64,000 nucleotides of DNA from an uncultured bacterium (GTDB lineage Bacteria > Patescibacteriota > Minisyncoccia > Minisyncoccales > RBG-13-42-11). The stretch's first letter is position 1; each line of letters starts with the position of its first letter. Where the stretch lies: assembly GCA_963790795.1 (NCBI GenBank), contig CAWBPO010000001.1:204073-268072 (forward strand), given 5' to 3'. Below are positions 27,310 to 38,036 of the stretch, one piece after another. The notes beneath the pieces were generated by a model. That model worked only from the letters and a program-made list of their open reading frames with translations. It was not told the DNA's origin and did no database searches. The translations under genes and the position numbers were made by a program.

Positions 27310-27990
27310 ATGGCCATTTTTTATATCGTTGCCACTCCCATTGGAAACTTAGAGGATATTTCAAAGCGCGCCCTCCGGATTTTATCGGAGGTTGATTTAA
27401 TTTTGTGCGAAGATACCAGGAAAACGAAAAGGCTGTTGGATTTTTATAATATTAAAAAGCAAACATTAAGTTATCACCAGCATTCAAAACTTAAAAAAAT
27501 AGATTACATTGTTGATTTACTGAAAATTGGCAAAAATTTAGCCTTAGTTTCAGACGCCGGCACTCCCGGTATTTCCGATCCCGGGAATTCATTAGTTGAG
27601 GAAGCGATAAAAAGACTGGAAGATAAAGTAAAAGTTGTTCCTGTACCCGGAGCTTCAGCTGTAATCGCAGCTGCTTCGGTTTCTGGTTTCCCGACAGATA
27701 AGTTTCTATTTTCGGGCTTTCCGCCAGTGAAAAAAAAGAGAAAAAAGTTTTTTGAGGAAGTGACTGGTTCAAAATATCCGGTAATTTTCTATGAATCGCC
27801 TTACAGGATTTTAAAGACATTGGCAGAATTGAAGGAAATAGATTCTAAATTGAAAATAGTAGTAGGAAGAGAACTAACCAAGAAATTTGAAACAATTTAT
27901 CGCGGAGACATTGGAAAAGTGATAAAAGACATTCAAAATGATAAAATAAAGGGAGAATTTGTTATTATTGTAAATAGAGATGAAAGATAA
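27310..27990 (+). CDS. rsmI: 16S rRNA (cytidine1402-2'-O)-methyltransferase
   Basis: LYIVATPIGNLEDIS.RALRIL..VDLILCEDTR and SDAGTPGISDPG. Confidence 0.9.
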   Translation: MAIFYIVATPIGNLEDISKRALRILSEVDLILCEDTRKTKRLLDFYNIKKQTLSYHQHSKLKKIDYIVDLLKIGKNLALVSDAGTPGISDPGNSLVEEAIKRLEDKVKVVPVPGASAVIAAASVSGFPTDKFLFSGFPPVKKKRKKFFEEVTGSKYPVIFYESPYRILKTLAELKEIDSKLKIVVGRELTKKFETIYRGDIGKVIKDIQNDKIKGEFVIIVNRDER

Positions 27991-29395
27991 GTTTTACATA
28001 ACAACTAGCATTGCCTATACAAATGCTCTGCCGCACATCGGCTTTGCTTTGGAATTGGTGCAGTCAGACGTTTTAGCCCGTTATCAGAGGATTTTAGGTA
28101 GTGATGTTTTCTTTTTGACTGGCACAGACGAACACGGCCTTAAAATAGAAAGAAAAGCCAAAGAAGAAGGAAAAACGACAACTGAATTTACCGATGAACT
28201 TTCTGATAGATTTAGGGAATTAACAAAAGTTTTGAATATTTCCAATAATGATTTTATAAGGACGACCGATAGGGAGAGGCACTGGCCGACAGTTGAAAAA
28301 TTCTGGAATCAGCTGGTGAAAAACGGAGATATTTACAAAAAGAAATACAAAGGACTGTATTGCGTTGGCTGCGAAGCGTTTGTCAAAGAAAAGGATTTGA
28401 TTAACGGCAAATGTCCTAATCACGACAAAGAACCGGAAACTGTTGAAGAAGAGAATTATTTTTTCAAGCTTTCAAAATATGTCCCTACGGTAAAAAAAGA
28501 AATAGAAAAAGATAAGATTAAAATTATTCCAGAGAGCAGAAAAAATGAAATTTTAAGCTTCATCAACCAAGGCATAGAGGATATTAGCGTTTCCAGGTCA
28601 AAAAACAATTCAAGCTGGGGTATACCAGTACCTAACGATTCCGACCAAATAATATATGTTTGGTTTGAGGCTTTGCTTAACTATCTTTTCCCTGAAAAAT
28701 ACTGGCCAGCTGATGTCCATTGTCTTGGAAAAGATATATTCCGTTTTCATGCTTTAATGTGGCCGGCAATGCTTTTAGCTGCTAAATTGGGACGGCCCAA
28801 AAACATATTCGTTCATGGCTTCATAACTTCAAACGGCCAGAAAATGTCAAAATCGCTTGGCAATATTGTTGACCCTTTTGAATTGGTTGAAAAATACGGG
28901 GTTAATGCTGTTAGATACTTTCTTTTACGGGAGATTCCATCAACTGAAGATGGAGATTTTACTTATGAGAAGTTTAAGCAGAGATATAATTCGGATTTGG
29001 CCAGCGGTATAGGAAATTTGGTTGCAAGAGTAATAAAACTTGCTCAAGATTCTCAATTATCTTTTTCCGATAAGTTTTCAGATAAAAATTTCCAGAAAAT
29101 TATTGATAAAACCAAGAAAGATTTTAAAAAAGCGTTAGAAGAATTTAAATTTAACGAAGCTTTGGTTTCGATTTGGGAATTGATTAGTTTTTGCGACAAA
29201 TATATAGAACAACAAAAGCCATGGGATAATACAAATCAAAAATTAAAAATTAAAAATCAAAGAATAATTAGCGACTTATTGGTGGCAATTAAAAATATTG
29301 CCGAATTACTAAAGCCATTTTTGCCTGAAACTTCAGAAAGAATATTTGAGCAATTAAGAACTAAAAAAAGCATTCCTTTATTCCCAAGAATATAA
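27980..29395 (+). CDS. metG: methionine--tRNA ligase (short form, no C-terminal tRNA-binding domain)
   Basis: YTNALPHIGFA (HIGH), KMSKSLGN and a CxxC Zn knuckle. Confidence 0.92.
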   Translation: MKDKFYITTSIAYTNALPHIGFALELVQSDVLARYQRILGSDVFFLTGTDEHGLKIERKAKEEGKTTTEFTDELSDRFRELTKVLNISNNDFIRTTDRERHWPTVEKFWNQLVKNGDIYKKKYKGLYCVGCEAFVKEKDLINGKCPNHDKEPETVEEENYFFKLSKYVPTVKKEIEKDKIKIIPESRKNEILSFINQGIEDISVSRSKNNSSWGIPVPNDSDQIIYVWFEALLNYLFPEKYWPADVHCLGKDIFRFHALMWPAMLLAAKLGRPKNIFVHGFITSNGQKMSKSLGNIVDPFELVEKYGVNAVRYFLLREIPSTEDGDFTYEKFKQRYNSDLASGIGNLVARVIKLAQDSQLSFSDKFSDKNFQKIIDKTKKDFKKALEEFKFNEALVSIWELISFCDKYIEQQKPWDNTNQKLKIKNQRIISDLLVAIKNIAELLKPFLPETSERIFEQLRTKKSIPLFPRI

Positions 29396-30216
29396 TGTTA
29401 ATTGACACCCATGCTCATCTGAATTTCAATGCTTACAAAGACGATGCCGACGAAGTGATTCGTCGGTCTTTAGATAGTGATGTTTGGATGATAAATGTCG
29501 GGTCGCAATATGAAACGAGCAAAAGAGCGGTTGAAATTGCTGAAAGATATGAAAAAGGGGTTTACGCCGCCATTGGTCTTCACCCAATTCATTTGGAAAC
29601 TGGTTTAGTAAAAGTCAAAGTTGATCAAGAAGAGGTTGAATTTAAAACAAGGGAAGAAGACTTTGATTATGAAAAATACAAAAACTTGGCCAGGTCAAAA
29701 AAAGTTGTGGCTGTCGGTGAAATCGGCCTTGATTATTATTATCGTCCAAAAACGAAATCAAAATTAGCAGTATTTAAAGAAAAACAGAGGACAGTCCTCC
29801 GTCAACAATTAAATTTAGCAGTTGAGTTGAATCTGCCAATAATTTTTCATTGCCGCATGGCGCACGACGAACTTATTGAAATGCTTAAACAGTATGATAA
29901 AACAATTCAAGGAGTTGTCCATTGTTTTTCCGGAGATTGGCAGCAAGCAGAAAAATACCTTAAAATGGGATTTTATCTTGGATTTAACGGAATAATTTTT
30001 AAATTAAACTTAGATGAAATAATTGAAAAAGCTCCCCTTGATAGGATTTTAGTTGAAACAGATTGCCCTTATCTTACGCCTTCACCGATGACTGGCCGCA
30101 ATGAGCCCATATACGTAAAATACGTTGCTGAGAGAATTGCTAAAATCAGGAAATTGAGCTATGAAGAAATATTGGAATTAACTTCAAAAAACGCTAAAAA
30201 ATTGTTCAATATTTAA
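29395..30216 (+). CDS. tatD: TatD family metal-dependent hydrolase
   Basis: LIDTHAHLN, GEIGLDY, HCR, HCFSG and ETDCPYL. Confidence 0.9.
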   Translation: MLIDTHAHLNFNAYKDDADEVIRRSLDSDVWMINVGSQYETSKRAVEIAERYEKGVYAAIGLHPIHLETGLVKVKVDQEEVEFKTREEDFDYEKYKNLARSKKVVAVGEIGLDYYYRPKTKSKLAVFKEKQRTVLRQQLNLAVELNLPIIFHCRMAHDELIEMLKQYDKTIQGVVHCFSGDWQQAEKYLKMGFYLGFNGIIFKLNLDEIIEKAPLDRILVETDCPYLTPSPMTGRNEPIYVKYVAERIAKIRKLSYEEILELTSKNAKKLFNI

Positions 30217-30218
30217 CA

Positions 30219-32681
30219 ATGGAAGCTTATAATCATCAGAAAATTGAGAAAAAGTGGCAGGAATATTGGGAGAAAGAAGGTTTTTACAAAGCAGAAGATT
30301 TCTTAAAAAGGCCCAAACAATATATTCTTATTGAATTTCCTTATCCTTCAGGAGACGGTCTTCATGTCGGCCACTGCCGCAGCTATTCTGCTTTAGACGC
30401 GGTAGCCAGGAAAAAGAGGATGGAGGGCTTCAATGTCTTATATCCCATTGGCTGGGACGCTTTCGGCCTGCCGACTGAAAATTATGCCCTAAAAACAGGC
30501 GTTCATCCGCAAGTGGCTACTGAGAAAAATATCGCTAATTTCAAAAGACAACTGAAATCTTTGGGCCTTTCTTTCGATTGGAGCCGGGAGATAAATACGA
30601 CTGACCCAAAGTATTACAAATGGACTCAGTGGATTTTTTTGCAACTATTTAAAAAGGGGCTGGCTTATCAGGCAGAAATTCCTATTAATTGGTGTCCTTC
30701 CTGTAAAATCGGTTTGGCCCATGAGGAAGTGGTGGACGGCAAGTGTGAACGCTGCGGCGCTCAGACGGAACAGAAAACAATTAAACAATGGCTTTTGAGA
30801 ATAACAAAATACGCTGACAGATTAATTGAAGACTTGGAAAAAATTGATTACCTTGAAAAAATCAAAACCCAGCAGATTAATTGGATTGGCAGGAGTTACG
30901 GGGTAGAGGTTGATTTCAAAATTGATAATTTTAACAAAACAATAACCGTTTTTACCACTCGTGTTGATACTATTTTTTCTGGCACATATTTAATTTTAGC
31001 TCCCGAGAACCCTTTAGCAAAAGAAATAACCACGAAAGAACAAAAAGAAGAAGTGGAAAGATATATTAAAGAAACAGCCAAAAAGAACGAATTAGAACGT
31101 ACCGAATTGGAAAAAGAGAGAACGGGCGCATTCACCGGTGCATATGCAATTAATCCTGCTACCAACGAAAGGATACCGATATGGATAGCAGATTTTGTTT
31201 TGGCTCATTATGGAACTGGTGCTGTTTTTGCGGATGCCCACGACCAAAGGGATTTTGAAATGGCTAAAAAATACAATATTCCTTTGAAAGTTTCTTTAAG
31301 GCCGAAAGACGACGAACTTTGGGAAAAAGTAAAAAACCTAGAAGTGTGCTATCCAGACGAGGGAATTTTAGTAGATTCTGGGCAATTCGATGGTTTGACA
31401 TCGCAAGAAGCAATAAAAAAAATTACTGAGTGGTTCGAGAAAAAAAGAGTTGGCAGAAAAGCAATAAATTATAAACTTCGTGATTGGGTTTTTTCTAGGC
31501 AGCATTATTGGGGAGAACCTATTCCGATTATCCATTGCCAGTCATGCGGAGCGATTCCCGTTCCAGAAAAAGATTTGCCGGTCGAGCTTCCTTACGTTGA
31601 AAAATACCAGCCGACAGGAACAGGGGAATCTCCTTTGGCTAAAATTGAGGAGTGGGTTAACGTAAAATGCCCGAAATGCAAAGGAACTGCTAAAAGAGAA
31701 ACAGATACTATGCCTAATTGGGCGGGCTCAAATTGGTATTACATTCGTTATATCGATCCTGAAAATGACAAAAAAATAGCCGAGAAAAAGAAACTAAAAT
31801 ACTGGATGCCCGTTGACTGGTACAATGGAGGGTTTGAACATACTACATTACACCTTTTATATTCTCGTTTTTGGTACAAATTTCTTTATGATATTGGTGT
31901 TGTCCTTGAGCCCGAACCGTATAAAAGAAGAACTTCCCACGGTATAGTCTTAGCCGAAGACGGCAGAAAAATGTCAAAGTCTTTCGGAAACGTGGTTAAT
32001 CCGGATGACATTGTGAAAACTTTCGGTGCTGACAGTTTGAGACTTTATGAAATGTTTATGGGTCCTTTTGATCAGGCGATTAATTGGAACGCTAATGGGT
32101 TAAAGGGTTGCTACAGATTTTTAGATAGACTGTGGGATTATACGGAGACAATAAAGGAAAATCAGCCAAAGCACATTGAAACTACAAAAGAAGGGGCTAT
32201 CGTTTTGAACAAAACCATAAAAAAAGTAAGTAATGATATCGAAAATTGTCATTTTAATACAGCTGTCAGTTCTCTTATGGAATTATTGAATTTTTTCAGC
32301 AAAGAAGAAAAAGATCAATCAGGAGTACATAGAGGTTATAACCAGATTGCCATAAAAGATCTCGAAAAAATCATAATCATTCTTGCTCCTTTTGCGCCGC
32401 ATATCGCAGAAGAGCTTTGGAGTGAACTAGGGCATTCAGAGAGCATTTTTAAAGAAAAGTGGCTGGATTACGATCCGCAATTTATCAAAGACGAGAGAAT
32501 AACCTTGATTGTCCAGGTTAATGGCAGAGTTAGGGATAAAATCGAAGTTGAAACTGGCATTTCCGAAGAAAAAGCGAAAGAGCTTGCAATTTCCAGTCAA
32601 AATGTTAAAAAATGGATACAGAATAAAGAAATTAAAAAGGTAATTTTTGTTCCCGGAAGATTAATAAATATCGTAATATAG
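30219..32681 (+). CDS. leuS: leucine--tRNA ligase
   Basis: PYPSGDGLHVGHCRSY (HIGH) and KMSKSFGNVV. 820 aa. Confidence 0.95.
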   Translation: MEAYNHQKIEKKWQEYWEKEGFYKAEDFLKRPKQYILIEFPYPSGDGLHVGHCRSYSALDAVARKKRMEGFNVLYPIGWDAFGLPTENYALKTGVHPQVATEKNIANFKRQLKSLGLSFDWSREINTTDPKYYKWTQWIFLQLFKKGLAYQAEIPINWCPSCKIGLAHEEVVDGKCERCGAQTEQKTIKQWLLRITKYADRLIEDLEKIDYLEKIKTQQINWIGRSYGVEVDFKIDNFNKTITVFTTRVDTIFSGTYLILAPENPLAKEITTKEQKEEVERYIKETAKKNELERTELEKERTGAFTGAYAINPATNERIPIWIADFVLAHYGTGAVFADAHDQRDFEMAKKYNIPLKVSLRPKDDELWEKVKNLEVCYPDEGILVDSGQFDGLTSQEAIKKITEWFEKKRVGRKAINYKLRDWVFSRQHYWGEPIPIIHCQSCGAIPVPEKDLPVELPYVEKYQPTGTGESPLAKIEEWVNVKCPKCKGTAKRETDTMPNWAGSNWYYIRYIDPENDKKIAEKKKLKYWMPVDWYNGGFEHTTLHLLYSRFWYKFLYDIGVVLEPEPYKRRTSHGIVLAEDGRKMSKSFGNVVNPDDIVKTFGADSLRLYEMFMGPFDQAINWNANGLKGCYRFLDRLWDYTETIKENQPKHIETTKEGAIVLNKTIKKVSNDIENCHFNTAVSSLMELLNFFSKEEKDQSGVHRGYNQIAIKDLEKIIIILAPFAPHIAEELWSELGHSESIFKEKWLDYDPQFIKDERITLIVQVNGRVRDKIEVETGISEEKAKELAISSQNVKKWIQNKEIKKVIFVPGRLINIVI

Positions 32682-32685
32682 ACTT

Positions 32686-34506
32686 ATGTGCGGCATTGTC
32701 GGCTACATCGGTAAAAATAATGATGTAAGGGTGGGGTTGGATGTTTTAAGAAGATTGGAGTATCGCGGTTATGACTCAGCAGGCGTTGCTTGGTATAGCC
32801 CTGAAAAAGGGGAGATTTTCTGTTTGAAAAAAGCGGGTAGAATAGACGATTTGGAGAAATTAATTGCAGAAAGCAATTTAGATTTAAAAGGCAATCCTTT
32901 TATTCTGCATACCCGCTGGGCTACCCACGGTGGGGTGACAGATGAAAACGCTCATCCTCATTGGGATTGCAAAAAAGAGATTTTTTCAATTCATAACGGC
33001 ATTATTGAGAATTATCGGGAGTTAAAGGAAAAGTTGATTAAAGAAGGCCATAAATTCAGTTCCGAAACAGATACTGAGGTTCTTTGCCATTTAATTGAGA
33101 AATATTTTCAAGGGAATCTCGAGGAAGCAGTCAGAAAAGCTTTAAGAGAGGTAAGGGGTACTTACGGACTGGTCGTTATCGCCAAAAAAGATCCCGGTAA
33201 AATAGTTGCTGCTCGTCTTTCTTCTCCTCTGATTTTGGGCGTTAATCAGGACGGAATCTTGATTGCTTCCGATCCTTCAGCCGTGATTACTCATACCAGG
33301 CAAGTCATTAATTTAGACGATAATGAAATTGCCGTTTTGAAGATGGATAATTTCTATATATTAAAAGAAAAACCATTCATCCAGATTGACTGGACGCCGG
33401 AGGAAGCCCAAAAAGGCGTCTACCCCCACTTTATGCTGAAAGAAATCATGGAGGAGCCAGAAGCCATTGAAAATGCGATCAGAGGAAGATTGCTCATAGA
33501 GGAAGGAAACGTAAAACTGGGGGGATTGGCTTCTGTCGAACATAAATTGAGAGAAATTAAGAAAATATATTTAATTGCCTGCGGGACAGCTTCTTATGCA
33601 ACCAGAGTTGGTGAATACATGCTGGAAGAATATGCCAATATACCTACAGAAGTTGATTTGGGTTCGGAATTCCGTTATCGAAAGCCGATTATCGATAAAA
33701 ACACAGCCGGCATATTTGTTTCCCAATCAGGTGAAACAGCAGACACTTTAGCTGCCATTAAAGAGATGAAAGAGAAAGGAGCTTTGACTTTAGGGATTAC
33801 GAACGTTGTCGGTTCCAGCCAATCCAGGGAAACAGCAGCCGGCATTTATACAAGGTCAGGACAGGAAGTGGCTGTAGCCTCAACTAAAGCATTCTTGGGG
33901 CAATTGGCTACCTTAGCCATGCTTACAGTTTATTTGGGTAGACAGAGAGATATGTCTTTGATAACGGGAAAAAGAATTGTTTCTGAACTTTCAAAATTGC
34001 CTGATCTTGCAAGAAGAGTTTTGAACCAGAGTTCTGAAATTGAAAAATTAGCCGAGAAATACAAAGACTTTAAGAATTTTTGGTTTATGGGCAGGAAATA
34101 CAATTATCCTGTTTCTTTGGAAGGAGCCCTAAAATTGAAAGAGACTTCTTATTTGCATGCAGAAGGGATTCCTGCCGGAGAATTGAAACATGGAGCTTTG
34201 GCTTTAATAGATGAGAATTTCCCGACTGTTGCCATCTGTCCTTCAGATTCAGTTTACGACAAGATGGTGTCTAATATCCAGGAAATTAAAGCGAGAAAAG
34301 GACAGGTTTTAGTTATAGCTACCGAAGGCAATGAAGATATTAAAAAGCTGGTTGATGACGTAATTTACATTCCGAAAACCTTGGAAATGTTAACACCCAT
34401 TTTAGCGGTTATTCCTTTGCACCTTTTCGCTTACTATATGTCTGTTGCGCTTGGCAACGACGTTGACAAACCGAGAAACCTAGCAAAGTCCGTAACAGTG
34501 GAATAG
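32686..34506 (+). CDS. glmS: glutamine--fructose-6-phosphate aminotransferase
   Basis: MCGIVGYIG Ntn nucleophile, two SIS domains, C-terminal KSVTVE. Confidence 0.96.
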   Translation: MCGIVGYIGKNNDVRVGLDVLRRLEYRGYDSAGVAWYSPEKGEIFCLKKAGRIDDLEKLIAESNLDLKGNPFILHTRWATHGGVTDENAHPHWDCKKEIFSIHNGIIENYRELKEKLIKEGHKFSSETDTEVLCHLIEKYFQGNLEEAVRKALREVRGTYGLVVIAKKDPGKIVAARLSSPLILGVNQDGILIASDPSAVITHTRQVINLDDNEIAVLKMDNFYILKEKPFIQIDWTPEEAQKGVYPHFMLKEIMEEPEAIENAIRGRLLIEEGNVKLGGLASVEHKLREIKKIYLIACGTASYATRVGEYMLEEYANIPTEVDLGSEFRYRKPIIDKNTAGIFVSQSGETADTLAAIKEMKEKGALTLGITNVVGSSQSRETAAGIYTRSGQEVAVASTKAFLGQLATLAMLTVYLGRQRDMSLITGKRIVSELSKLPDLARRVLNQSSEIEKLAEKYKDFKNFWFMGRKYNYPVSLEGALKLKETSYLHAEGIPAGELKHGALALIDENFPTVAICPSDSVYDKMVSNIQEIKARKGQVLVIATEGNEDIKKLVDDVIYIPKTLEMLTPILAVIPLHLFAYYMSVALGNDVDKPRNLAKSVTVE

Positions 34507-34535
34507 CAAGGGAATATTTTGTATAATAATTCTAT

Positions 34536-36158
34536 ATGGATGAACTCCTTTCAAAAGAAGGCGGGAAGAAAATTATCTTATTGGGCAACGAAGCAATTGT
34601 TAGAGGCGCCTTGGAAGTAGGCGTCAATTTTGTTTCAACTTATCCTGGTACTCCGGCTTCTGAAATCGGCAACACTTTCTTCAAAATTGCCAAAACAGCT
34701 GGAGTTTACTTTGAATTCTCAACTAATGAAAAAGTGGCTTTGGAAGCTGGCATAGGTGCCAGTTTTTCCGGTTTGAAAACTTTGGTGGCCATGAAGAACT
34801 TCGGTTTGAACGTTTGTTTAGACGCTTTAATTCCTTTTGTTTATACCGGAACCAAAGGGCCGACAGTTATTATCGTTGCTGATGACCCTTCTTGCCATAG
34901 TTCAGCCCAGTCAGAAGAAAATACCAGGCCCGTGGATAATCTTATCCATATACCGATTTTAGAACCGTCAGACCCGCAAGAATGTCTGGATTTTGTAAAA
35001 CTAGGTTTCAAGATATCAGAGAAGTTCAATATTCCGGTAATGATAAGGACAACTACCAGAGTGGCCCACCAGAAAATGCCGGTTAGAATCTCAAATCTCA
35101 AACCTCAAGTTTTGAAAAAAGGAGAATTTGTAAAAGATACAAAAAGATTTGTCACTTTGCCGCCAAGAGTTCTGGAAATGAAAAAGGAGCTGTTTGAGAA
35201 GATAGAAAAGATTAGAAGTTTTTCTGAGAATCTATTAAAGGTTGAGGGTAAGAAGCAAAAAACAGGCATTATTACTTCTGGTGTTTCTTATCTATATGTA
35301 AAAGAAGCATTAGCAGAGCTGAAATTGGATTTACCTGTTTTGAAACTTACTTTTTCCTATCCTTTAGCAGAAAGAAAGATAAAAGAATTCATCAAGAATC
35401 TTAAAAATGTTTTAGTGGTTGAAGAACTGGAAGCTCATTTGGAAAAAGAAGTTGAAAGATTGGCAAAACAAGTCAATTGCAAGTTAGAGATTTTCGGCAA
35501 AGATTTGCTGCCAGTAGTTGGAGAATTAAAGCCAGAATATGTAATTGAAGCTGTCGCAAAAATAACTGGCAGAAAATATAAATCTAGAAAGTATGATTTT
35601 AAATCTTTAAAACGTTCTCCGCAGCTTTGCCCTGGATGCCCTTATTGGTTGGTTGTTTCAGCCATTAAAAAAGCAGTTGACGTGAATAAGGTTATATTCG
35701 GCGGAGAAATAGGCTGTTATATGCTTTTTGGCAACCAGCCCATTAATCTGCAGGATTATTTGTCCTGTATGGGTTCTTCAGTGGGAATCGCCCACGGCAT
35801 AAAAAAGGCCACTTCCCAGAAGCTGATTACTTTTGTCGGAGATTCTTCTTTCTTTCATTCTGGCATTCCAGCTTTAATAAACACTGTTTTCAACAAATCA
35901 AATCCCTTAATCATTATTTTGAACAATGAAACCACTGCCATGACTGGCCACCAGCCTCATCCTGTTTCTGTTGGCACAGAGACAGGTATCAGTATTGAGA
36001 AATTAGTCAGGGCTTGCGGTGTAAAATACGTCAAAACAATTGACCAGATAAACCAGGAAGAATTTATAAATACGGTAAAAGAGTTTGTAGTAAAAGACGA
36101 AGTTTCCGTAATTATCGCCAAACATCCTTGCAAATTCGTTATTCCAAAAAATGCCTAA
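34536..36158 (+). CDS. iorA: indolepyruvate/2-oxoacid:ferredoxin oxidoreductase alpha-like subunit (TPP-binding)
   Basis: GNEAIVRGALEVGV, YPGTPASEI, CPGCPY and GDSSFFHSG. No C-terminal di-cluster ferredoxin motif is visible. Confidence 0.75.
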   Translation: MDELLSKEGGKKIILLGNEAIVRGALEVGVNFVSTYPGTPASEIGNTFFKIAKTAGVYFEFSTNEKVALEAGIGASFSGLKTLVAMKNFGLNVCLDALIPFVYTGTKGPTVIIVADDPSCHSSAQSEENTRPVDNLIHIPILEPSDPQECLDFVKLGFKISEKFNIPVMIRTTTRVAHQKMPVRISNLKPQVLKKGEFVKDTKRFVTLPPRVLEMKKELFEKIEKIRSFSENLLKVEGKKQKTGIITSGVSYLYVKEALAELKLDLPVLKLTFSYPLAERKIKEFIKNLKNVLVVEELEAHLEKEVERLAKQVNCKLEIFGKDLLPVVGELKPEYVIEAVAKITGRKYKSRKYDFKSLKRSPQLCPGCPYWLVVSAIKKAVDVNKVIFGGEIGCYMLFGNQPINLQDYLSCMGSSVGIAHGIKKATSQKLITFVGDSSFFHSGIPALINTVFNKSNPLIIILNNETTAMTGHQPHPVSVGTETGISIEKLVRACGVKYVKTIDQINQEEFINTVKEFVVKDEVSVIIAKHPCKFVIPKNA

Positions 36159-36732
36159 AAAAGCAGAACAATTCAATATGGTAATAGTCGGCACTGGCGG
36201 ACAGGGGCTGATTACTCTTTTACAGATAATTTCAGAAGCAGCCATGTCCGAAGGTTATAATATCAGAACTTCCGAACTTCACGGCTTATCCCAGAGAGGC
36301 GGTTCAGTTGAAGTTCATATCAGATTCGGAAAGAAAATTTTCTCTCCAATGGTTACTCAGGGAAAAGCAGATTTGGTTTTGGGATTGGAAGAGCAGGAGA
36401 TTTTAAATGGAGTGTATTTTGCCAACCCAAAAACAAACTTTTTAATAAATCAGTTTATAATTCCCATTCCTTTGAAAAAGCCCTTGTCTGAAACAGAAAT
36501 TTTGGCTCAGTTAAAAAAGGTCAGCAAGAATATTACCGTAGTTCCGGCTGAAAAAATCTGCCAGGAAAAACTGGGAAACAGCGTTGTTTCTGGTATTTAT
36601 TTGATAAGTTTCGCCTCTTTTAAAAATTTAATGCCCTTAAAGCCAATATCAATTCAAAAAGCTATTAAAAAAATAATTCCGGAAAAATTTCTGGAATTGA
36701 ATTTAAAAACCTTTAACTTAGCTAAGAGTTAA
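36151..36732 (+). CDS. iorB: indolepyruvate oxidoreductase subunit beta-like
   Basis: VIVGTGGQGLITLLQIISEAA...ELHGLSQRGGSV. Confidence 0.75.
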   Translation: MPKKAEQFNMVIVGTGGQGLITLLQIISEAAMSEGYNIRTSELHGLSQRGGSVEVHIRFGKKIFSPMVTQGKADLVLGLEEQEILNGVYFANPKTNFLINQFIIPIPLKKPLSETEILAQLKKVSKNITVVPAEKICQEKLGNSVVSGIYLISFASFKNLMPLKPISIQKAIKKIIPEKFLELNLKTFNLAKS

Positions 36733-37988
36733 ATCTTTTTAATTTGAGCTCCGAGTTTTTTTAATTTCTCTTCAATTTTTTCGTGTCCTCTTTCAATTTG
36801 AGAAATGTTTTCAATAGTAGTTTGTCCTTTTGAGATAAGCCCCGCCAGAATTAAGGCTGCGCCAGACCTGATGTCCGAGGTGTTGATTTTATTTCCGATT
36901 AATGGTGTTTTCCCAAAAACCAGAGCTCTGTGAGGGTCGGTTATTTCAATGTCAGCTCCCAGTTTTCTTAATTCGTGCAAGTGCTGGAATCTATTTTCAT
37001 ATAATGGGTCGTGTATTAAAGATTTGCCCTGGCATTGCGTCAGCAATACTGATGTTTGAGGCTGTAAATCAGTTGGAAAACCCGGATAAGGAAGCACTTG
37101 GATTTTGGCCGGCTTAAAATCAGATGATTTCTTAATTGATATTTCATTATCTGAAACATCAAAGTTTATTCCTATTTCTTTCATCTTTCCAAGAAAGAAG
37201 GTCATATGGTCCGGATTTATATTTTTTATTCTTCCTTCTCCGCCGGTAATTGCCAAAGCTATGAAAAAAGTTCCAGCTTCCAGCAAGTCAGGGCACAAAG
37301 AGAATTCAGCACCTGACAGTTTTTCTTTTCCTTCAATTTCAATGGTATGAGTGCCGATTCCTTCTATTTTTACGCCCATTTTTCTTAAAAATAATCCTAG
37401 ATCTTGGACCTGGGGTTCAGCAGCTGCAATTTCAATTTTAGTTTTTCCTGTAGCTCTGCTTGCCAGCATCATTAAGATTTCCGTAGCTGTGACGGAAAAC
37501 TCTTTTAAAGCTATTTTCTTTCCTTCTAATTTCTCCGGAGATTGAAAATGATAGAATCCGTCTCTTTTTTCTGTTTTTATGCCGAAGTTTTCAAGAGCTT
37601 CCAGGTGAGTGGCAATCGGCCTTAATCCTATTTTGTCTCCGCCAGGATGGGGGATTTTAAAGTTTTTGAACTTAATAGCCAAAGGAGCGATAAACAAGAC
37701 CGAAACCCTCATTTTTTCAAAGAGATCTACTGGAATTTTCTCAGGGTCTATGTTTTTAGGATTGACTTTTACCTTTCTCGGGCTCAATTGTTCTACTTCA
37801 GCGCCCATTTGCTTTAGAATTTCAATTTGATCTAAAACATCGGTTACCTGTGGCAGGTTGTCTATAACCGAAGGCTCTTCGGAAAGTAAAACAGCCGCCA
37901 AAATAGCGCCGGCTGAATTCTTGTAACCTGAGATTTCAACTTCGCCAGAAAGAGGAATATTGCCTTGTATTAGGAATTTGTCGCTCAT
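36729..37988 (-). CDS. murA: UDP-N-acetylglucosamine 1-carboxyvinyltransferase
   Basis: GYKNSAGAILAA, PGGDKIGLRPI and GFPTDLQPQ. Confidence 0.94.
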   Translation of the reverse strand: MSDKFLIQGNIPLSGEVEISGYKNSAGAILAAVLLSEEPSVIDNLPQVTDVLDQIEILKQMGAEVEQLSPRKVKVNPKNIDPEKIPVDLFEKMRVSVLFIAPLAIKFKNFKIPHPGGDKIGLRPIATHLEALENFGIKTEKRDGFYHFQSPEKLEGKKIALKEFSVTATEILMMLASRATGKTKIEIAAAEPQVQDLGLFLRKMGVKIEGIGTHTIEIEGKEKLSGAEFSLCPDLLEAGTFFIALAITGGEGRIKNINPDHMTFFLGKMKEIGINFDVSDNEISIKKSSDFKPAKIQVLPYPGFPTDLQPQTSVLLTQCQGKSLIHDPLYENRFQHLHELRKLGADIEITDPHRALVFGKTPLIGNKINTSDIRSGAALILAGLISKGQTTIENISQIERGHEKIEEKLKKLGAQIKKI

Positions 37989-38036
37989 AATCTTTTTGAC
38001 TTAAAGGTATTTTTAGTTTAATATGAAAATTGATTT

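Noticed and set aside
32682-32685. glmS ribozyme upstream of glmS
   Set aside because: Only 4 nt separate the leuS stop from the glmS start, so there is no room for a ribozyme.
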